From a virus, in IMG/VR virus record IMGVR_UViG_3300025467_000009, positions 68,936-132,935 of that record: 64,000 bases of DNA. One strand, given 5' to 3'. A program made the position numbers and the translations under genes. Below, piece by piece: positions 38,894 through 49,102 of the stretch. Under the pieces are notes generated by a model, which saw only the letters and a program-made list of their open reading frames with translations, was not told the origin of the DNA and searched no databases. Numbering within the stretch: position 1 is the first letter of the stretch; each line of letters opens with the position of its first letter.

Positions 38894-39445
38894 TGCAAGA
38901 TACACTAGACCACATTTGCCTTTGTGGACACTACATTGAAGACCATGATATAATTGATGATATTTCAATGTGCTATAAGTGCCACTGTTCTTTTTGGCAA
39001 CCATTAGATTTTGGATTAGATTATGACCTTTAAACACTTTTGCCATGTTTGTAATGTTAACTTTCATCGTGCAGTAGATTTTATTCTTCATAAGCATGAA
39101 GAAGTAAAGCCAATTGTAGAAACTTTTGTAGGAGATAAAGATGGAAAAGCCGACTGAGTGGGAAACAGCAGAGTGCAAAAACTGTTATAGTAAACTTGGT
39201 TTAACTAGAGAAATTATTTTAAGTAAAAGTGGAACATGGGTTCACAACAATCCAATTAATTATGACTTAAAATGTCATATCTGGGAACCATATGTTGCAG
39301 AACCTAGGGAAAAGGAGTAGTATGGCTGGTTATGAATATATTGAGATTGAAGTAACACAAAAACTTTACAATTCTATTCAAGCAATTGCAAAAAGTTATG
39401 GTGTAGATGTTAAGGTATTTATTGAAGATAGATTAGAGGAACTTT

Positions 39446-40561
39446 ATGGCTAGAGATGCTATTGATAAACTTATTGCAGATTTGAACAAATTTACACCTG
39501 CTGGTTCAAATAAACCTATTGCTATGAGAGGCAATAGTATTGAGAAGATTAATGCTATCCCTACTTTCTCCCCTGCACTTGACTATCTACTTGCTGTAGG
39601 CGGTTGGCCTGAAGGTAAAATGATTGAACTCTTTGGTAAGGAACACTCAGGTAAAAGTTCATTTGCTTTAATGGCATTGAAGGACTGCTATGACTATTAC
39701 AAGGGTGAAAAGTTGGTCGCCTATATTGACTTGGAACATCGTTTTAATCCTGATTGGGCAGAAAAGTTGGGCCTAAAAGTTGATGAGAGTTTGATTGTAG
39801 TTCAACCACCAGATGCAGAAACTGGAACTGACATTATGGTAGAATTAATTAAGAGTAAAGAGATTTGTGCCATTGTTTGGGACTCAACAGGTGCTGCTGC
39901 TACAAAGCACAGCATGCAACAACTAACTGACAAGAACGACAAGATGGGTGGCAATGCTGCTGTAATGAAGCGTAATGTCCAGACAGTTGCTCCACTTGCC
40001 AACCTTTATGATGTTACTGTATTTTACTTAAATCAACTTCGTGATGATATGGATGGATATAACCGTCCTATGACTCCTGGTGGTCACGCAGTAAAGCATG
40101 CTATGTCTGTTCGTATCTATCTTCGCCCAGGTACAGACAAATACTTTGATAAGGTTGACGGAGAAACTGTACAAGTTGGATTCCCAATTGTTATGAAGAC
40201 AGTTAAAAATTCATATGGTCCTCCACTCCGTGAAGGTTGGACTGATTTCTACAACCAACCAAATAGTAATCTTGACCATGCAGGTATTGATACTCGTAGA
40301 GATCTTGCCCGTATGGGTATTTTACTTGGTGTTGCCCAAAGAGCAGGTGCATGGTTTAATTGGAAAGATGTTAAAGCACAAGGTCGTGACTCTTTCTTTG
40401 AAGAAATTTGGTCCCGTGGATTGGGAGAAGAGTTTGCAAAAGAAATCTCAAAGGCAATTGAAATGGGCAAAGGTGCTAGTCAAACGGTAGTTGAGAATGA
40501 TGACTTCTTTGGTCGTCCAGTAACAAGTGACAGTGCAGATATTAACGATAGCGAGGTATAA
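39446..40561 (+). CDS. recA: RecA recombinase
   Basis: GGWPEGKMIELFGKEHSGKS, YIDLEH, WDS, LNQLR, TPGGHAVKH, KN, GAWF. Confidence 0.95.
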   Translation: MARDAIDKLIADLNKFTPAGSNKPIAMRGNSIEKINAIPTFSPALDYLLAVGGWPEGKMIELFGKEHSGKSSFALMALKDCYDYYKGEKLVAYIDLEHRFNPDWAEKLGLKVDESLIVVQPPDAETGTDIMVELIKSKEICAIVWDSTGAAATKHSMQQLTDKNDKMGGNAAVMKRNVQTVAPLANLYDVTVFYLNQLRDDMDGYNRPMTPGGHAVKHAMSVRIYLRPGTDKYFDKVDGETVQVGFPIVMKTVKNSYGPPLREGWTDFYNQPNSNLDHAGIDTRRDLARMGILLGVAQRAGAWFNWKDVKAQGRDSFFEEIWSRGLGEEFAKEISKAIEMGKGASQTVVENDDFFGRPVTSDSADINDSEV

Positions 40562-40562
40562 G

Positions 40563-40757
40563 ATGAATGTTGGAGATAAAGTAGTATTGATTGATGCTGT
40601 AGGAACAATTGTTGGTGTTAGTACCAATGGTTTCCCTGTAGTAGAATTTGAAGTTCTTGGTGGTTCTACTTATGATGAGTATGACCCTTCCGAACTACTA
40701 CCAGTCGAACTCCCGGTTCCTAATGAGGAATTAAATCCAGACAAAGAAAAAGAGTAA
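40563..40757 (+). CDS. Small hypothetical protein
   Basis: MNVGDKVV.. ORF between recA and nuclease. Confidence 0.5.
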   Translation: MNVGDKVVLIDAVGTIVGVSTNGFPVVEFEVLGGSTYDEYDPSELLPVELPVPNEELNPDKEKE

Positions 40758-41185
40758 TGGGTGCTTTCCAAAAAAAGATGGCTGACAGACATGAGAATGA
40801 AATAGCAGAAATTTGGCCAGAAGCAAGCAAGACAATTGCTAGTGGTGCTAAGTTTGAAAAAGGTGACCTCAAGACCAATGAGGTTGAACAAATTTCATTT
40901 GTTGTAGAGTGTAAGTGTACACAGAATGTTAGTTATTCTATAACTGAAAAAGTATGGAATGAAGTAAAAGAACACTCTCAAAATAGAAGTTGGACATCAA
41001 GGCCTGCATTATGTATTAGGTTGTACGGTAAAACAGAAGAAGAAACTTCATGGGGTGGGAAAAGAACAAACACACCAGAACAATTGCCTGTTGAATTAGA
41101 CTTGGTAGTTTTAGATTTAAATGATTTTCTAGAGTTTTATGAACAATACCTAGAATTAAAAAGCAAACAAGAAAAGGAATCTTAA
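40757..41185 (+). CDS. PD-(D/E)XK nuclease / resolvase-like protein
   Basis: HE..IA...ASGA..EKGDL...VECKCT. Confidence 0.7.
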   Translation: MGAFQKKMADRHENEIAEIWPEASKTIASGAKFEKGDLKTNEVEQISFVVECKCTQNVSYSITEKVWNEVKEHSQNRSWTSRPALCIRLYGKTEEETSWGGKRTNTPEQLPVELDLVVLDLNDFLEFYEQYLELKSKQEKES

Positions 41186-41475
41186 TGTCGTTTCAGGCTT
41201 TAGAAGACAAAGTAATTATTAAAGTTGCAATAGTAGAAGAAAAGACTGAAAGTGGACTTTTTATTCCAGATACAGCAACTGCAGTTCCAGATACAGGTGT
41301 TGTGGTTGCAGTTGGTCCAGGTCGTATTTCTTCTAACGGTACATTGATTCCAGCAACCGTTAAGGTTGGGGACAAGGTCATTTTTGAACAACGTGCTGCT
41401 CAAAGACTTGAGATTGAAGAAGAAGAATACTTGGTTTTCTTAAATGACCACATTCTTGCAATTGTGGAGGATTAA
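41185..41475 (+). CDS. groES: Co-chaperonin GroES
   Basis: LEDKVII...EEKTESGLFIPDTA...GVVVAVGPG...VKVGDKVIF...ILAIV. Confidence 0.95.
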   Translation: MSFQALEDKVIIKVAIVEEKTESGLFIPDTATAVPDTGVVVAVGPGRISSNGTLIPATVKVGDKVIFEQRAAQRLEIEEEEYLVFLNDHILAIVED

Positions 41476-41691
41476 ATGTGGTCCTGGGTACTAGCAATTG
41501 TCGGTTCGTTAGGTATCTACGTAGTAGGTAAAAAGAATGTGTTCGGTTGGTTCATCCTAATGTTGAGTGAAACACTTTGGACTATCTATGCTTTTGTTAC
41601 TCATCAGTATGGATTTCTTTTTGCTGTAGTATTGTATTCATTTGCTTATATTAAAAGTTATTTACGTTGGAGGAAAGATGCTAGCAAATAG
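41476..41691 (+). CDS. Small membrane protein (PnuC-like fragment)
   Basis: Three short hydrophobic helices, GW..LW..Y..QYG..W pattern. Confidence 0.5.
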   Translation: MWSWVLAIVGSLGIYVVGKKNVFGWFILMLSETLWTIYAFVTHQYGFLFAVVLYSFAYIKSYLRWRKDASK

Positions 41692-41763
41692 ATTTTTAGA
41701 TTTGGTTTTTATGGTTTTAGGTACTATAATTGTAACTAAGATTACAATGGGAAAGATGAAGAA

Positions 41764-41949
41764 GTGAAAAAGTACACACTAGAACTAACTGTAGAAGAGT
41801 TAGATTATCTGGATAATTTTATCCATGAACATGCCACCGCAGAAGACATGTACGATGTTGGTACCTTTAAGACCACTGTCTTTTCTAAAGTTTGTGACCT
41901 TTGTGAGTTTGCACTAGACGAAGGTGAGAAGCCAGTTGAGCTTTCTTGA
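41764..41949 (+). CDS. Hypothetical protein
   Basis: ORF in operon. Confidence 0.45.
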   Translation: MKKYTLELTVEELDYLDNFIHEHATAEDMYDVGTFKTTVFSKVCDLCEFALDEGEKPVELS

Positions 41950-42688
41950 ACGCACACTAGCAGCATATCAAAATCAAGAACCTATAACTCCATACTTGGA
42001 GCAGGCTTTGATGAAAGGTGATTTTGTCCCTGATGAATATCCTGTAAAAATCTTTAACTATCCTAGAGAGTTTGACAACATGTATCACCCCTCAAGTGAC
42101 ATTGAGGCGGGAGAGTTGCAATTGTATTATAAGTTCCATCCAGAATTGAGGCTACAATGTCAAGAAGAAAGAATATCTCCAACACTAGCAATGACCTTTC
42201 AAGTGGGTTCAGCTTTTCACAGTATTATACAGAACATGTTAATTCACTTGGGTTTGACTTCTCTGGAAAAAGTAGAAGTAAAGTTCAAAAACGAAGAAAG
42301 AATGATAGCAGGGGCAGTAGACGTCTTGGAGTTAACTACTCCAGATGGAGAAAAGTTTTTAGTAGATATAAAAAGCACTAACCGTATTCCCAACGAGGCT
42401 AGTCAACAATATTCTATGCAGTTGAGAGTATACCAAGATAATTGCCCAGGTGCACCAGATAGAATGGCACTATTGTTTATTGAAAAAGCATATCCTCACA
42501 AGATTAAAACCATTGAAGTCACTAAAGACCAAAAGTCACTAGATACACTTTATGCAAAGTGGTCTAAGGTTAGAGTTGCTATTGGGAAAAATAGTACAGA
42601 TGGTTTAAAGCACTGTTGCAGTGGTCCAACAGATGAAAAGTTTATGTCTTGTCCAGCAAGAAAAATCTGTGAGTATTGGAATAAATAA
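41924..42688 (+). CDS. Cas4/RecB-like PD-(D/E)XK exonuclease
   Basis: HPSS, GSAFH, EV, GAVD, VDIKS, QLRVY, C-terminal CC...CP...C cluster. Confidence 0.85.
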   Translation: MRSQLSFLERTLAAYQNQEPITPYLEQALMKGDFVPDEYPVKIFNYPREFDNMYHPSSDIEAGELQLYYKFHPELRLQCQEERISPTLAMTFQVGSAFHSIIQNMLIHLGLTSLEKVEVKFKNEERMIAGAVDVLELTTPDGEKFLVDIKSTNRIPNEASQQYSMQLRVYQDNCPGAPDRMALLFIEKAYPHKIKTIEVTKDQKSLDTLYAKWSKVRVAIGKNSTDGLKHCCSGPTDEKFMSCPARKICEYWNK

Positions 42689-43026
42689 TGACAACGCCTC
42701 AAAAAGCCAAAGGTTCCCAATGGGAAAGAGATGTAGCAAAATACTTCAATGAACGTGGGTATCTTGAGGTGGAGAGGCGTTACGGTGCAGGGAATACACT
42801 TGATAAAGGTGATATTAATGGAGTCAAAGACACTGTAGTTGAGGCCAAAAATTGGGCTAAGATTTCGCTAGCCACCATTATGGATGAAACTCTTGTTGAA
42901 CAAAAGAATGCCAAGAAACGTTTTGGTATTGCTGTAATTAAACGTAGAAATAAGAATGTTAAAGATGCTTATGTTGTTATGACACTAGAGCAATTTGTTG
43001 ACATTTATGCCTTGTTTCACAAGTAA
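42688..43026 (+). CDS. Holliday junction resolvase (Hjc-like)
   Basis: KAKGSQWERDVA, DKGDI, VEAKN. Confidence 0.85.
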   Translation: MTTPQKAKGSQWERDVAKYFNERGYLEVERRYGAGNTLDKGDINGVKDTVVEAKNWAKISLATIMDETLVEQKNAKKRFGIAVIKRRNKNVKDAYVVMTLEQFVDIYALFHK

Positions 43027-43086
43027 CACCACAAAATTCAAGAAAATATGATAAATTATTATTAGGTTTGTTTAGAGAGGACAGTA

Positions 43087-43632
43087 ATGAGTGGGATTAG
43101 AAAAGGACTTGAAGAACTCAAGCAACCTTCTCTTGGTCTAGAACATGAGCGTGAGAAGGAATACCTTCACAACTTTACTGTCCGTGCCTTTACTTGGGAA
43201 AGTAGACCTGAAGAACTTGGTGCATTAAATCAAATTGATACTTTGGTTGATGAGTTCATGAAGGAATACCTTCGCCCAGCAGAAATAATCATTGCTAGAT
43301 TTAATAGTGACATTCCAATGAGTGACACAGAAGCAGACAGATTGTTCCTAAACCTTCAAAGTGCAATTGTTGCCATTGAAGATGAAGTAACACGCAGATA
43401 TCTTAAGGCACAGTTTTCCTATTATAACTGGGATGACCGTTATTGGGAAGAATACCGTAAACCTGTTTCTGGTACAACTAATGACCGTGAGGCTCGTGCT
43501 AGAATGGAAACAAAAGATGACCGTTACTTCTATTTTGTTCAGTATGCTGCTTGGAGAATTATCAATGACAAGGTGCAAAGTCTAAAAGCAACCCAAAGAT
43601 ATATCCAAAATCAAATTTACAGGAGAGGCTAA
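43087..43632 (+). CDS. Hypothetical protein
   Basis: RBS GAGG; 181-aa helical ORF. Confidence 0.6.
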   Translation: MSGIRKGLEELKQPSLGLEHEREKEYLHNFTVRAFTWESRPEELGALNQIDTLVDEFMKEYLRPAEIIIARFNSDIPMSDTEADRLFLNLQSAIVAIEDEVTRRYLKAQFSYYNWDDRYWEEYRKPVSGTTNDREARARMETKDDRYFYFVQYAAWRIINDKVQSLKATQRYIQNQIYRRG

Positions 43633-44000
43633 TGGAAGACGATAAGCCTCAAAGAAGGTCTAGAAAACAAGAAGTCATTAAAGGTAAGATGACTTGGCAG
43701 GTTCTTGAAAGACTGTTGAATAATTATTGGGAATGGCGTGAAGCATACAGGGTAAGCGGTAATCCTGAACTTCAATTACTAAATGGTGTAACAGTTAATA
43801 TTCATGATGTTTTAAAGGGTATTGATAAATTACCACCAAGACAAAAGCAAGCAGTTGTACTTTCTTGTCTTGAAAACAGAAAAGAAGTTGACGTTGCAAA
43901 AATTATGGGTTTCACAAAATGGTCAAGTCCTGTAGGCATGTATAAACGTAGGGCATTAAAGAATCTTTGTGACACATTATGGGCAGAGGATATTGACTGA
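43632..44000 (+). CDS. Sigma-70 region 4-like HTH protein
   Basis: IDKLPPRQKQAVVL......EVDVAKIMG...V....RALKNL. Confidence 0.75.
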   Translation: MEDDKPQRRSRKQEVIKGKMTWQVLERLLNNYWEWREAYRVSGNPELQLLNGVTVNIHDVLKGIDKLPPRQKQAVVLSCLENRKEVDVAKIMGFTKWSSPVGMYKRRALKNLCDTLWAEDID

Positions 44001-44296
44001 TGAATACTCCAGAAGAACTAAATAAGATTATTGAAGAAAATAACATTAAGTTGCCAAAGCATTGGGATGAATTTACTTGGGAACAAAAGATTGATTTTGT
44101 AACTCACAGGATTCTAATTAATGCTAGGACTTCTACAAAGCACTCTGACATGAAAGAAGAAGGTTGGTTGAGTAATTACCAACTTGAAAGAAGAAGACGT
44201 AGGGAAGTCCTTTCAAAGTTTGGTAGTTGGGATGAGATACCGCCAAAGAAAGGAACTTTTGGTCGTTCCTATAATCCTGATTCAAAGGAACAGTAA
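44000..44296 (+). CDS. Hypothetical protein
   Basis: ORF in operon. Confidence 0.55.
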   Translation: MNTPEELNKIIEENNIKLPKHWDEFTWEQKIDFVTHRILINARTSTKHSDMKEEGWLSNYQLERRRRREVLSKFGSWDEIPPKKGTFGRSYNPDSKEQ

Positions 44297-45013
44297 ATGG
44301 GTGAAGAACTAGAACCTATCAAGAAAGATTATAGAGACCTTGATAGAATAACACCAGCAACTGAAGAATTGCTCAGTGAAAATATTGATGGTGAGATTTT
44401 TCTTTATAGAGCAATTCCCCAATGCAAAGTTTGTAGTAGTGGTGATGAGATTCGAAGGTATGTTGATGACCTTCTACTGTACCCAAAAGGATATAAAGAA
44501 ATCCTTAGAACTATTCAACCATTAGAAGAAAAACTAGGTGTTGAACCTGAAGATAGAATTTCATACAGTAGTATCAGAACACACTACCGCAATCATCTAC
44601 CACTTGATAAAAAGCAAGTTCGTGAAGTAATTGAACGTAAGGCCAATAAGAATAACACAAGTATCATTGATGCAGACGGCACACTACTTACACCTGAAGC
44701 ATTTTATGAAGTAATTGTTGCTAAGGGTTTTGAAGACATTGTAAGTGGTGCAGCAAGGCCTACACTAAGTCAAACTTTCCAAGCAATGGGTATTCTTCAA
44801 AGAATGGAAGAGAAGGAAAAGCAAGGTTACAAACCTGAAGTCCTTGTTAACCAACTAAATATTATTCTTCAAGCAATTAGAGATGTTCTGCCTGTAGAAT
44901 GGCGTGAAAAGGTCTTCGATAAAATTCAACTTTATAGTGAAGAACAGCAAAAACTTCCAACTACAATGGAACTTGCAGAAGCACAAGAATATATTGATGA
45001 CGACTTAATGTAG
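44297..45013 (+). CDS. Hypothetical protein with CxxC...H..H motif (possible terminase small subunit/DNA-binding)
   Basis: QCKVC...SYSSIRTHYRNHL; function speculative. Confidence 0.45.
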   Translation: MGEELEPIKKDYRDLDRITPATEELLSENIDGEIFLYRAIPQCKVCSSGDEIRRYVDDLLLYPKGYKEILRTIQPLEEKLGVEPEDRISYSSIRTHYRNHLPLDKKQVREVIERKANKNNTSIIDADGTLLTPEAFYEVIVAKGFEDIVSGAARPTLSQTFQAMGILQRMEEKEKQGYKPEVLVNQLNIILQAIRDVLPVEWREKVFDKIQLYSEEQQKLPTTMELAEAQEYIDDDLM

Positions 45014-45042
45014 TTGATTTTTTTCAACTCTTAATATATCAT
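45014..45042 (+). promoter_or_regulatory. SigA-type promoter
   Basis: TTGATT-N17-TATCAT. Confidence 0.6.
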
Positions 45043-45065
45043 TTAGTATCTAACTAAGGAGTAAG

Positions 45066-46049
45066 ATGTTAACAATTAAAGAACTAAAAGATTCTATTGA
45101 CAAACTAACACCAAAATATGTTCCTGTAACAATCGGTGAATTTGAGTATGTGCCATCACTTGGTAATGAACTTGATGGTGATGGACTTCTTCGTAAGTCA
45201 ACCGGTGAACTTCTTGGTTTTGCAGATGATACTGCTTTTGGTAACTTTACAACATTTATTGGTGCACCTGGTAAGTTCCTAATGAAGTTGCAACCAGAGA
45301 TGCGTAAATCAGTTGTTGACTATATGATTCAAAAGAGTCACGAAGTTGAAGGAACTGTTACTCTTCAAGACAATCAATTGTTAAATGTCTTTAAGGCAGA
45401 CCAACTGTTGCTACCACCAGACAAAGTCCTTACTACTGTTTCTTCATTGTTCCAAGATGATGATGTTGTTTCTCAATTGGATTTCAGAACAGGCCTTGTA
45501 ATGAACATTCGTACAGGTCAAGTAGAAACTGCTGTTAAAGCAGGAGATATCACTCAAGGTGGTATTCGTTTTGACACAACTCACGGAAAGAGTCCAGAAG
45601 TCAGTGCTTATATGGAGCGTCTAGTTTGCTCAAATGGAATGGTAGCAACCAGTGACCTAGATAAGATTCCAGTTCGTGGATACACACTTGCAGAAGTTCT
45701 CAATAGTATGCAACATATTGCAGACCACTACTTGAACACCACAGTTCCACGTTTCTTGGAAAACTGGAAGAAGTTGACCAGTGTTCGTAGTTCTAACCCT
45801 GAGCAGTTGATTCACCGACTAGCCAAGGAAAATGACCTTTCACCTAAGATTGAGACTAGAATTATTGAAGCAGCAGCTAGTCTAGATGATAGTAGTTACT
45901 ATGACGTAATCAATCTAATCACCAGTTTTCAACATGCAGAAGGCGTTGATTCCAAGCAAATTAACAAGTTGCAAACACTTGGTGGTAATGCAGTTCGTGA
46001 TATGGGCGGTCACCGTTGTGTGAACTGCCAGCATAATCTAGACATTTAA
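45066..46049 (+). CDS. DUF932-like protein
   Basis: GGI....G...V.AY.ERLVCSNGMV and YDVINLIT..H motifs. Confidence 0.6.
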   Translation: MLTIKELKDSIDKLTPKYVPVTIGEFEYVPSLGNELDGDGLLRKSTGELLGFADDTAFGNFTTFIGAPGKFLMKLQPEMRKSVVDYMIQKSHEVEGTVTLQDNQLLNVFKADQLLLPPDKVLTTVSSLFQDDDVVSQLDFRTGLVMNIRTGQVETAVKAGDITQGGIRFDTTHGKSPEVSAYMERLVCSNGMVATSDLDKIPVRGYTLAEVLNSMQHIADHYLNTTVPRFLENWKKLTSVRSSNPEQLIHRLAKENDLSPKIETRIIEAAASLDDSSYYDVINLITSFQHAEGVDSKQINKLQTLGGNAVRDMGGHRCVNCQHNLDI

Positions 46050-46065
46050 GTTTGTCGGACAGGTT

Positions 46066-46093
46066 GCACCTGGGTATGTGTATAAACTGCCCC
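46066..46093 (+). ncRNA. Compact H-type pseudoknot motif, copy 1
   Basis: GCAC-CTGGGTAT-GTGT-ATAAAC-TGCCC; second copy at 52941-52966 (-). Confidence 0.5.
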
Positions 46094-46152
46094 CTTCTAA
46101 CATTGTAAAACCCCTTAGAATTTATTAAAGAAATGTACTACTAAGGGTAAAT

Positions 46153-46785
46153 ATGACCAAAACTTTCAACTCATCTGGTATAAAGATATCAAGCGAGAAT
46201 ATCCCTGACTTAAATAAGAGGTGTACTGGTGGTAACTGTAAAGTTTGTGACTACTTTGATAAAGAGTTAGACCGCAATCGGAACTTAAGAAACGATAAGT
46301 CTCGCCCAGGTGGTAAACCAATGACCCCAGGAGAACTTCAAGAAAGTACTGCTAATTCAAGTGCTTTATTAAAACTTTGGAATAATCATATTAGGTGGGA
46401 TGAGCCTTGCACTGGTGAGGGTTGTAATACTTGTAAATATATTTCAAAAGAAAATAAAAAAGTACCAGAGTCTGCTAAACACCAGAACTCTAGAGAACCA
46501 AAGATTAGTTTCTTTCCTATGAACTTCGGTGTCCCTAGGATTGTTCCAGATGAGTCACACCCAACAGGAATTATTGGTGAAGATCCTCACTCTCACTATA
46601 CTGAAACTACTTCTTTTGTAACTGATAACCCCCTTCACTCTTGTGAACGTTGTATGCCAACATGCAGACGTTGTGGAACAAGAGACACAGCAGCAAGAAT
46701 TAAAGATGGTGAACACATTCCTGAATATCAATCAGAGTGCAGAAGAAGAGAACGTGGTTTAGGCTCTATACCACTTTATAACTAA
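46153..46785 (+). CDS. Cys-rich hypothetical protein (two CTGxxCxxC repeats)
   Basis: CTGGNCKVC, CTGEGCNTC, C-terminal CxxC pairs. Confidence 0.55.
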   Translation: MTKTFNSSGIKISSENIPDLNKRCTGGNCKVCDYFDKELDRNRNLRNDKSRPGGKPMTPGELQESTANSSALLKLWNNHIRWDEPCTGEGCNTCKYISKENKKVPESAKHQNSREPKISFFPMNFGVPRIVPDESHPTGIIGEDPHSHYTETTSFVTDNPLHSCERCMPTCRRCGTRDTAARIKDGEHIPEYQSECRRRERGLGSIPLYN

Positions 46786-46793
46786 GTATAAAA

Positions 46794-46967
46794 ATGAATT
46801 GGAATACTCGTTACTCTAGTGATAAACCTTGGGATGAAAAAGATCCAGACGGTGGTAAGCACCACAAACTAAGTCCAGAACAAAAAGCAAAGGCAAAAGC
46901 TCGTGCAAAGGCGCACGGTCGTCCATATCCAAATTGGATTGATAATGCTTGGGCCTCTAAACACTAA
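46794..46967 (+). CDS. Small basic protein (57 aa, not in ORF track)
   Basis: Manual translation MNWNTRYSSD...LSPEQKAKAKARAKAHGRPYPNWIDN. Confidence 0.6.
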   Translation: MNWNTRYSSDKPWDEKDPDGGKHHKLSPEQKAKAKARAKAHGRPYPNWIDNAWASKH

Positions 46968-46976
46968 GGATAACTA

Positions 46977-47843
46977 ATGTCATTCAATGAAAGATTCGCT
47001 AAAGAAGAAAAGAAGACATTCACACCACCAGAAGGTGTACAATCTGCTGCTCGTAAAGCATTAAAGTGGATTGAAGAAGGTCACGCAGGTAGTGGGTTCA
47101 CTGGTGTTGGTCGTGGACGTGCTCACCAACTTGCTAATGGTGAAGCAGTTAGTTTATCAACTATCAAGCGTATGCACTCATTCTTCTCACGTCACCGTGT
47201 AGATAAGCAAGGCAAAGACTGGAATAAGCCAAGTCCAGGTAAAGTTGCATGGTACGCATGGGGTGGAGATGCTGGTGCATCATGGGCAAAGAGTATTGCA
47301 GAAAAGCATGACGGTAAGAAAAAAGAAGCAGGAATTGCAGAACACCTTCAGTTCCTTCCAGAGATTGCTAAAGGTGTAGGTCACGTTATTCAAAATACTT
47401 TTATGGAGCCTGAAAATGCTGTTAAAAGTGTAGGCCATTTTGTTAATGAACTTGCTACAGGTCAAGGTGCTACTCCTACTCCTAAGGATAACTACTATGG
47501 AACTTCTCCTTTTCACTTGACAAAAACAGAAGAAGGTGCCCCAGGCGCAGCCTATTTGATTAATAAGGGTATGGATGCAGTTAAAGGTTTAATGCCTAAG
47601 GGTAGAAATTCTTCTACATTTAGTTATAATTCAAAGAATGCTGGCTTTCAAGATGAAAAAAATAAATTTACATATTATGAAAAGCCTGAAGCATTTTCAA
47701 CCTACTCAGGTCCATCTTTGAATCAATGTGGTAGATGTGGTATTGACATAAATAGAGGTAGTAAACTATTTACAAATAGGAATTTTGGTAGAATCTGTCC
47801 TGATTGTAGAGATGTTTTAACAGCAAAACCTGAAGAAGAATAA
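46977..47843 (+). CDS. Phage protein with conserved N-terminal domain often found in head-associated proteins
   Basis: PPEGV..AARKALKW...GRGRAHQLANGE.VSL.TIKRM.SFFSRH...AW.AWGGDAG..WA. Confidence 0.6.
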   Translation: MSFNERFAKEEKKTFTPPEGVQSAARKALKWIEEGHAGSGFTGVGRGRAHQLANGEAVSLSTIKRMHSFFSRHRVDKQGKDWNKPSPGKVAWYAWGGDAGASWAKSIAEKHDGKKKEAGIAEHLQFLPEIAKGVGHVIQNTFMEPENAVKSVGHFVNELATGQGATPTPKDNYYGTSPFHLTKTEEGAPGAAYLINKGMDAVKGLMPKGRNSSTFSYNSKNAGFQDEKNKFTYYEKPEAFSTYSGPSLNQCGRCGIDINRGSKLFTNRNFGRICPDCRDVLTAKPEEE

Positions 47844-47881
47844 ACTATAATATATAGTTATATCTCTAAGAAAGGTTACTA

Positions 47882-48361
47882 ATGGCTTTTGATAAATTAA
47901 ATATCCCAAAAGAAGGAATTGCACCTGAGGATGTTCCAAAGCTAACTGCACTTCAAGAAGCACAAATGGCTGCTTTCCAGGCAGAACAGAAGGCAGAACG
48001 TGAAGCAGACAAAGAAGTCCTTGAACTTCAAGAAGGTGAAATTGCTGCTGCTACTAAGATTATGCAGGAACTTTACCAAAAGTATTACTACCGTAAGGCA
48101 AGTTTCGATAATCTACTTTCATTAAAAGGTGAGGCAGAAGAAAAGTTTGCTGCTATTAATCTTCAAGTTGTTGTTGACTGGGTCATGCCAAGTATCAGTG
48201 TAAAACCAACACCGCCACAGATTACTATTGTTAATAGACTTAAGCAATTCGACCCAGAACAAAACCGTTATGAAGTCGGTAAGGGACTCGCTGATGATTA
48301 CTACGATGCAAAGCGTGCCCAAATGAAAAAGAAGAATAAATTAATTATCCCAGGACAGTAA
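47882..48361 (+). CDS. Hypothetical protein
   Basis: ORF in operon. Confidence 0.6.
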   Translation: MAFDKLNIPKEGIAPEDVPKLTALQEAQMAAFQAEQKAEREADKEVLELQEGEIAAATKIMQELYQKYYYRKASFDNLLSLKGEAEEKFAAINLQVVVDWVMPSISVKPTPPQITIVNRLKQFDPEQNRYEVGKGLADDYYDAKRAQMKKKNKLIIPGQ

Positions 48362-48370
48362 AGGAACATC

Positions 48371-49099
48371 ATGAGAAAAGTATCTCGTTCAGAAGACAGT
48401 ATTAATAACAACATTAAAGAAGTAATGGCAAAAGAAGCTGGAATTGCAGACATTCCACACAATATTGTAACCCACCTTCCCACACTAATTCCTACTGTTG
48501 CTGCTGAAGCAGGACTTTTAACCGGTCTGGTAAAAAATATTAAAAATAGAAATAAGACTGCCCCTAACCCTACCCCTGGAACTGATGAAGCATACAATGC
48601 TACTGGATTTATGTCACCTAGTCAAATACAAAACTACAAAAACAAAGATGCTGTTGAAAAAGATTCTTCTTTTGAAGAGCGTTATGCAACTGATGACCCA
48701 CTAGCTTTTGCTCACAGTCTTCAGACGGCACCAAAACAGAAGGACCAAAATCAACCTATACTTGAGCCAAGTGAGGCTGTTGAAGGTGAAGGTATTGGTG
48801 CATTGGGAGAATTGGCAGCACTTTCTTCCAAAACTGCAGGTGCATGGCCTAGTGAAACTGACTGGGATGGTCACCTACACAACTTAGAAGAACTTCTTGC
48901 TGAAACTCAAAAGGGTGTAGGCTGGCACGCTGCTAAAGATGAAAAGAAGGAAATGAAGGCCCACGACAAGTTGGCAAAAGACCTTCAAAAAGTAATCGAT
49001 GACATTAAAAAGGTCATGAAGTTCCCACCAGCAAAGACAGCAAGTGTAGAGTCAGATGACTGGCGTGATGACCACTCCAACCTAGATTCAGACTGGTAA
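48371..49099 (+). CDS. Hypothetical protein (candidate internal head protein)
   Basis: Contains KEAG, KTAG, KTAS, FEERYA motifs shared with neighbours. Confidence 0.55.
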   Translation: MRKVSRSEDSINNNIKEVMAKEAGIADIPHNIVTHLPTLIPTVAAEAGLLTGLVKNIKNRNKTAPNPTPGTDEAYNATGFMSPSQIQNYKNKDAVEKDSSFEERYATDDPLAFAHSLQTAPKQKDQNQPILEPSEAVEGEGIGALGELAALSSKTAGAWPSETDWDGHLHNLEELLAETQKGVGWHAAKDEKKEMKAHDKLAKDLQKVIDDIKKVMKFPPAKTASVESDDWRDDHSNLDSDW

Positions 49100-49102
49100 G
49101 TC

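Noticed and set aside
41924-42688. CRISPR-associated cas4
   Set aside because: Stand-alone Cas4-like nucleases are common in phage recombination modules; no cas genes or array.
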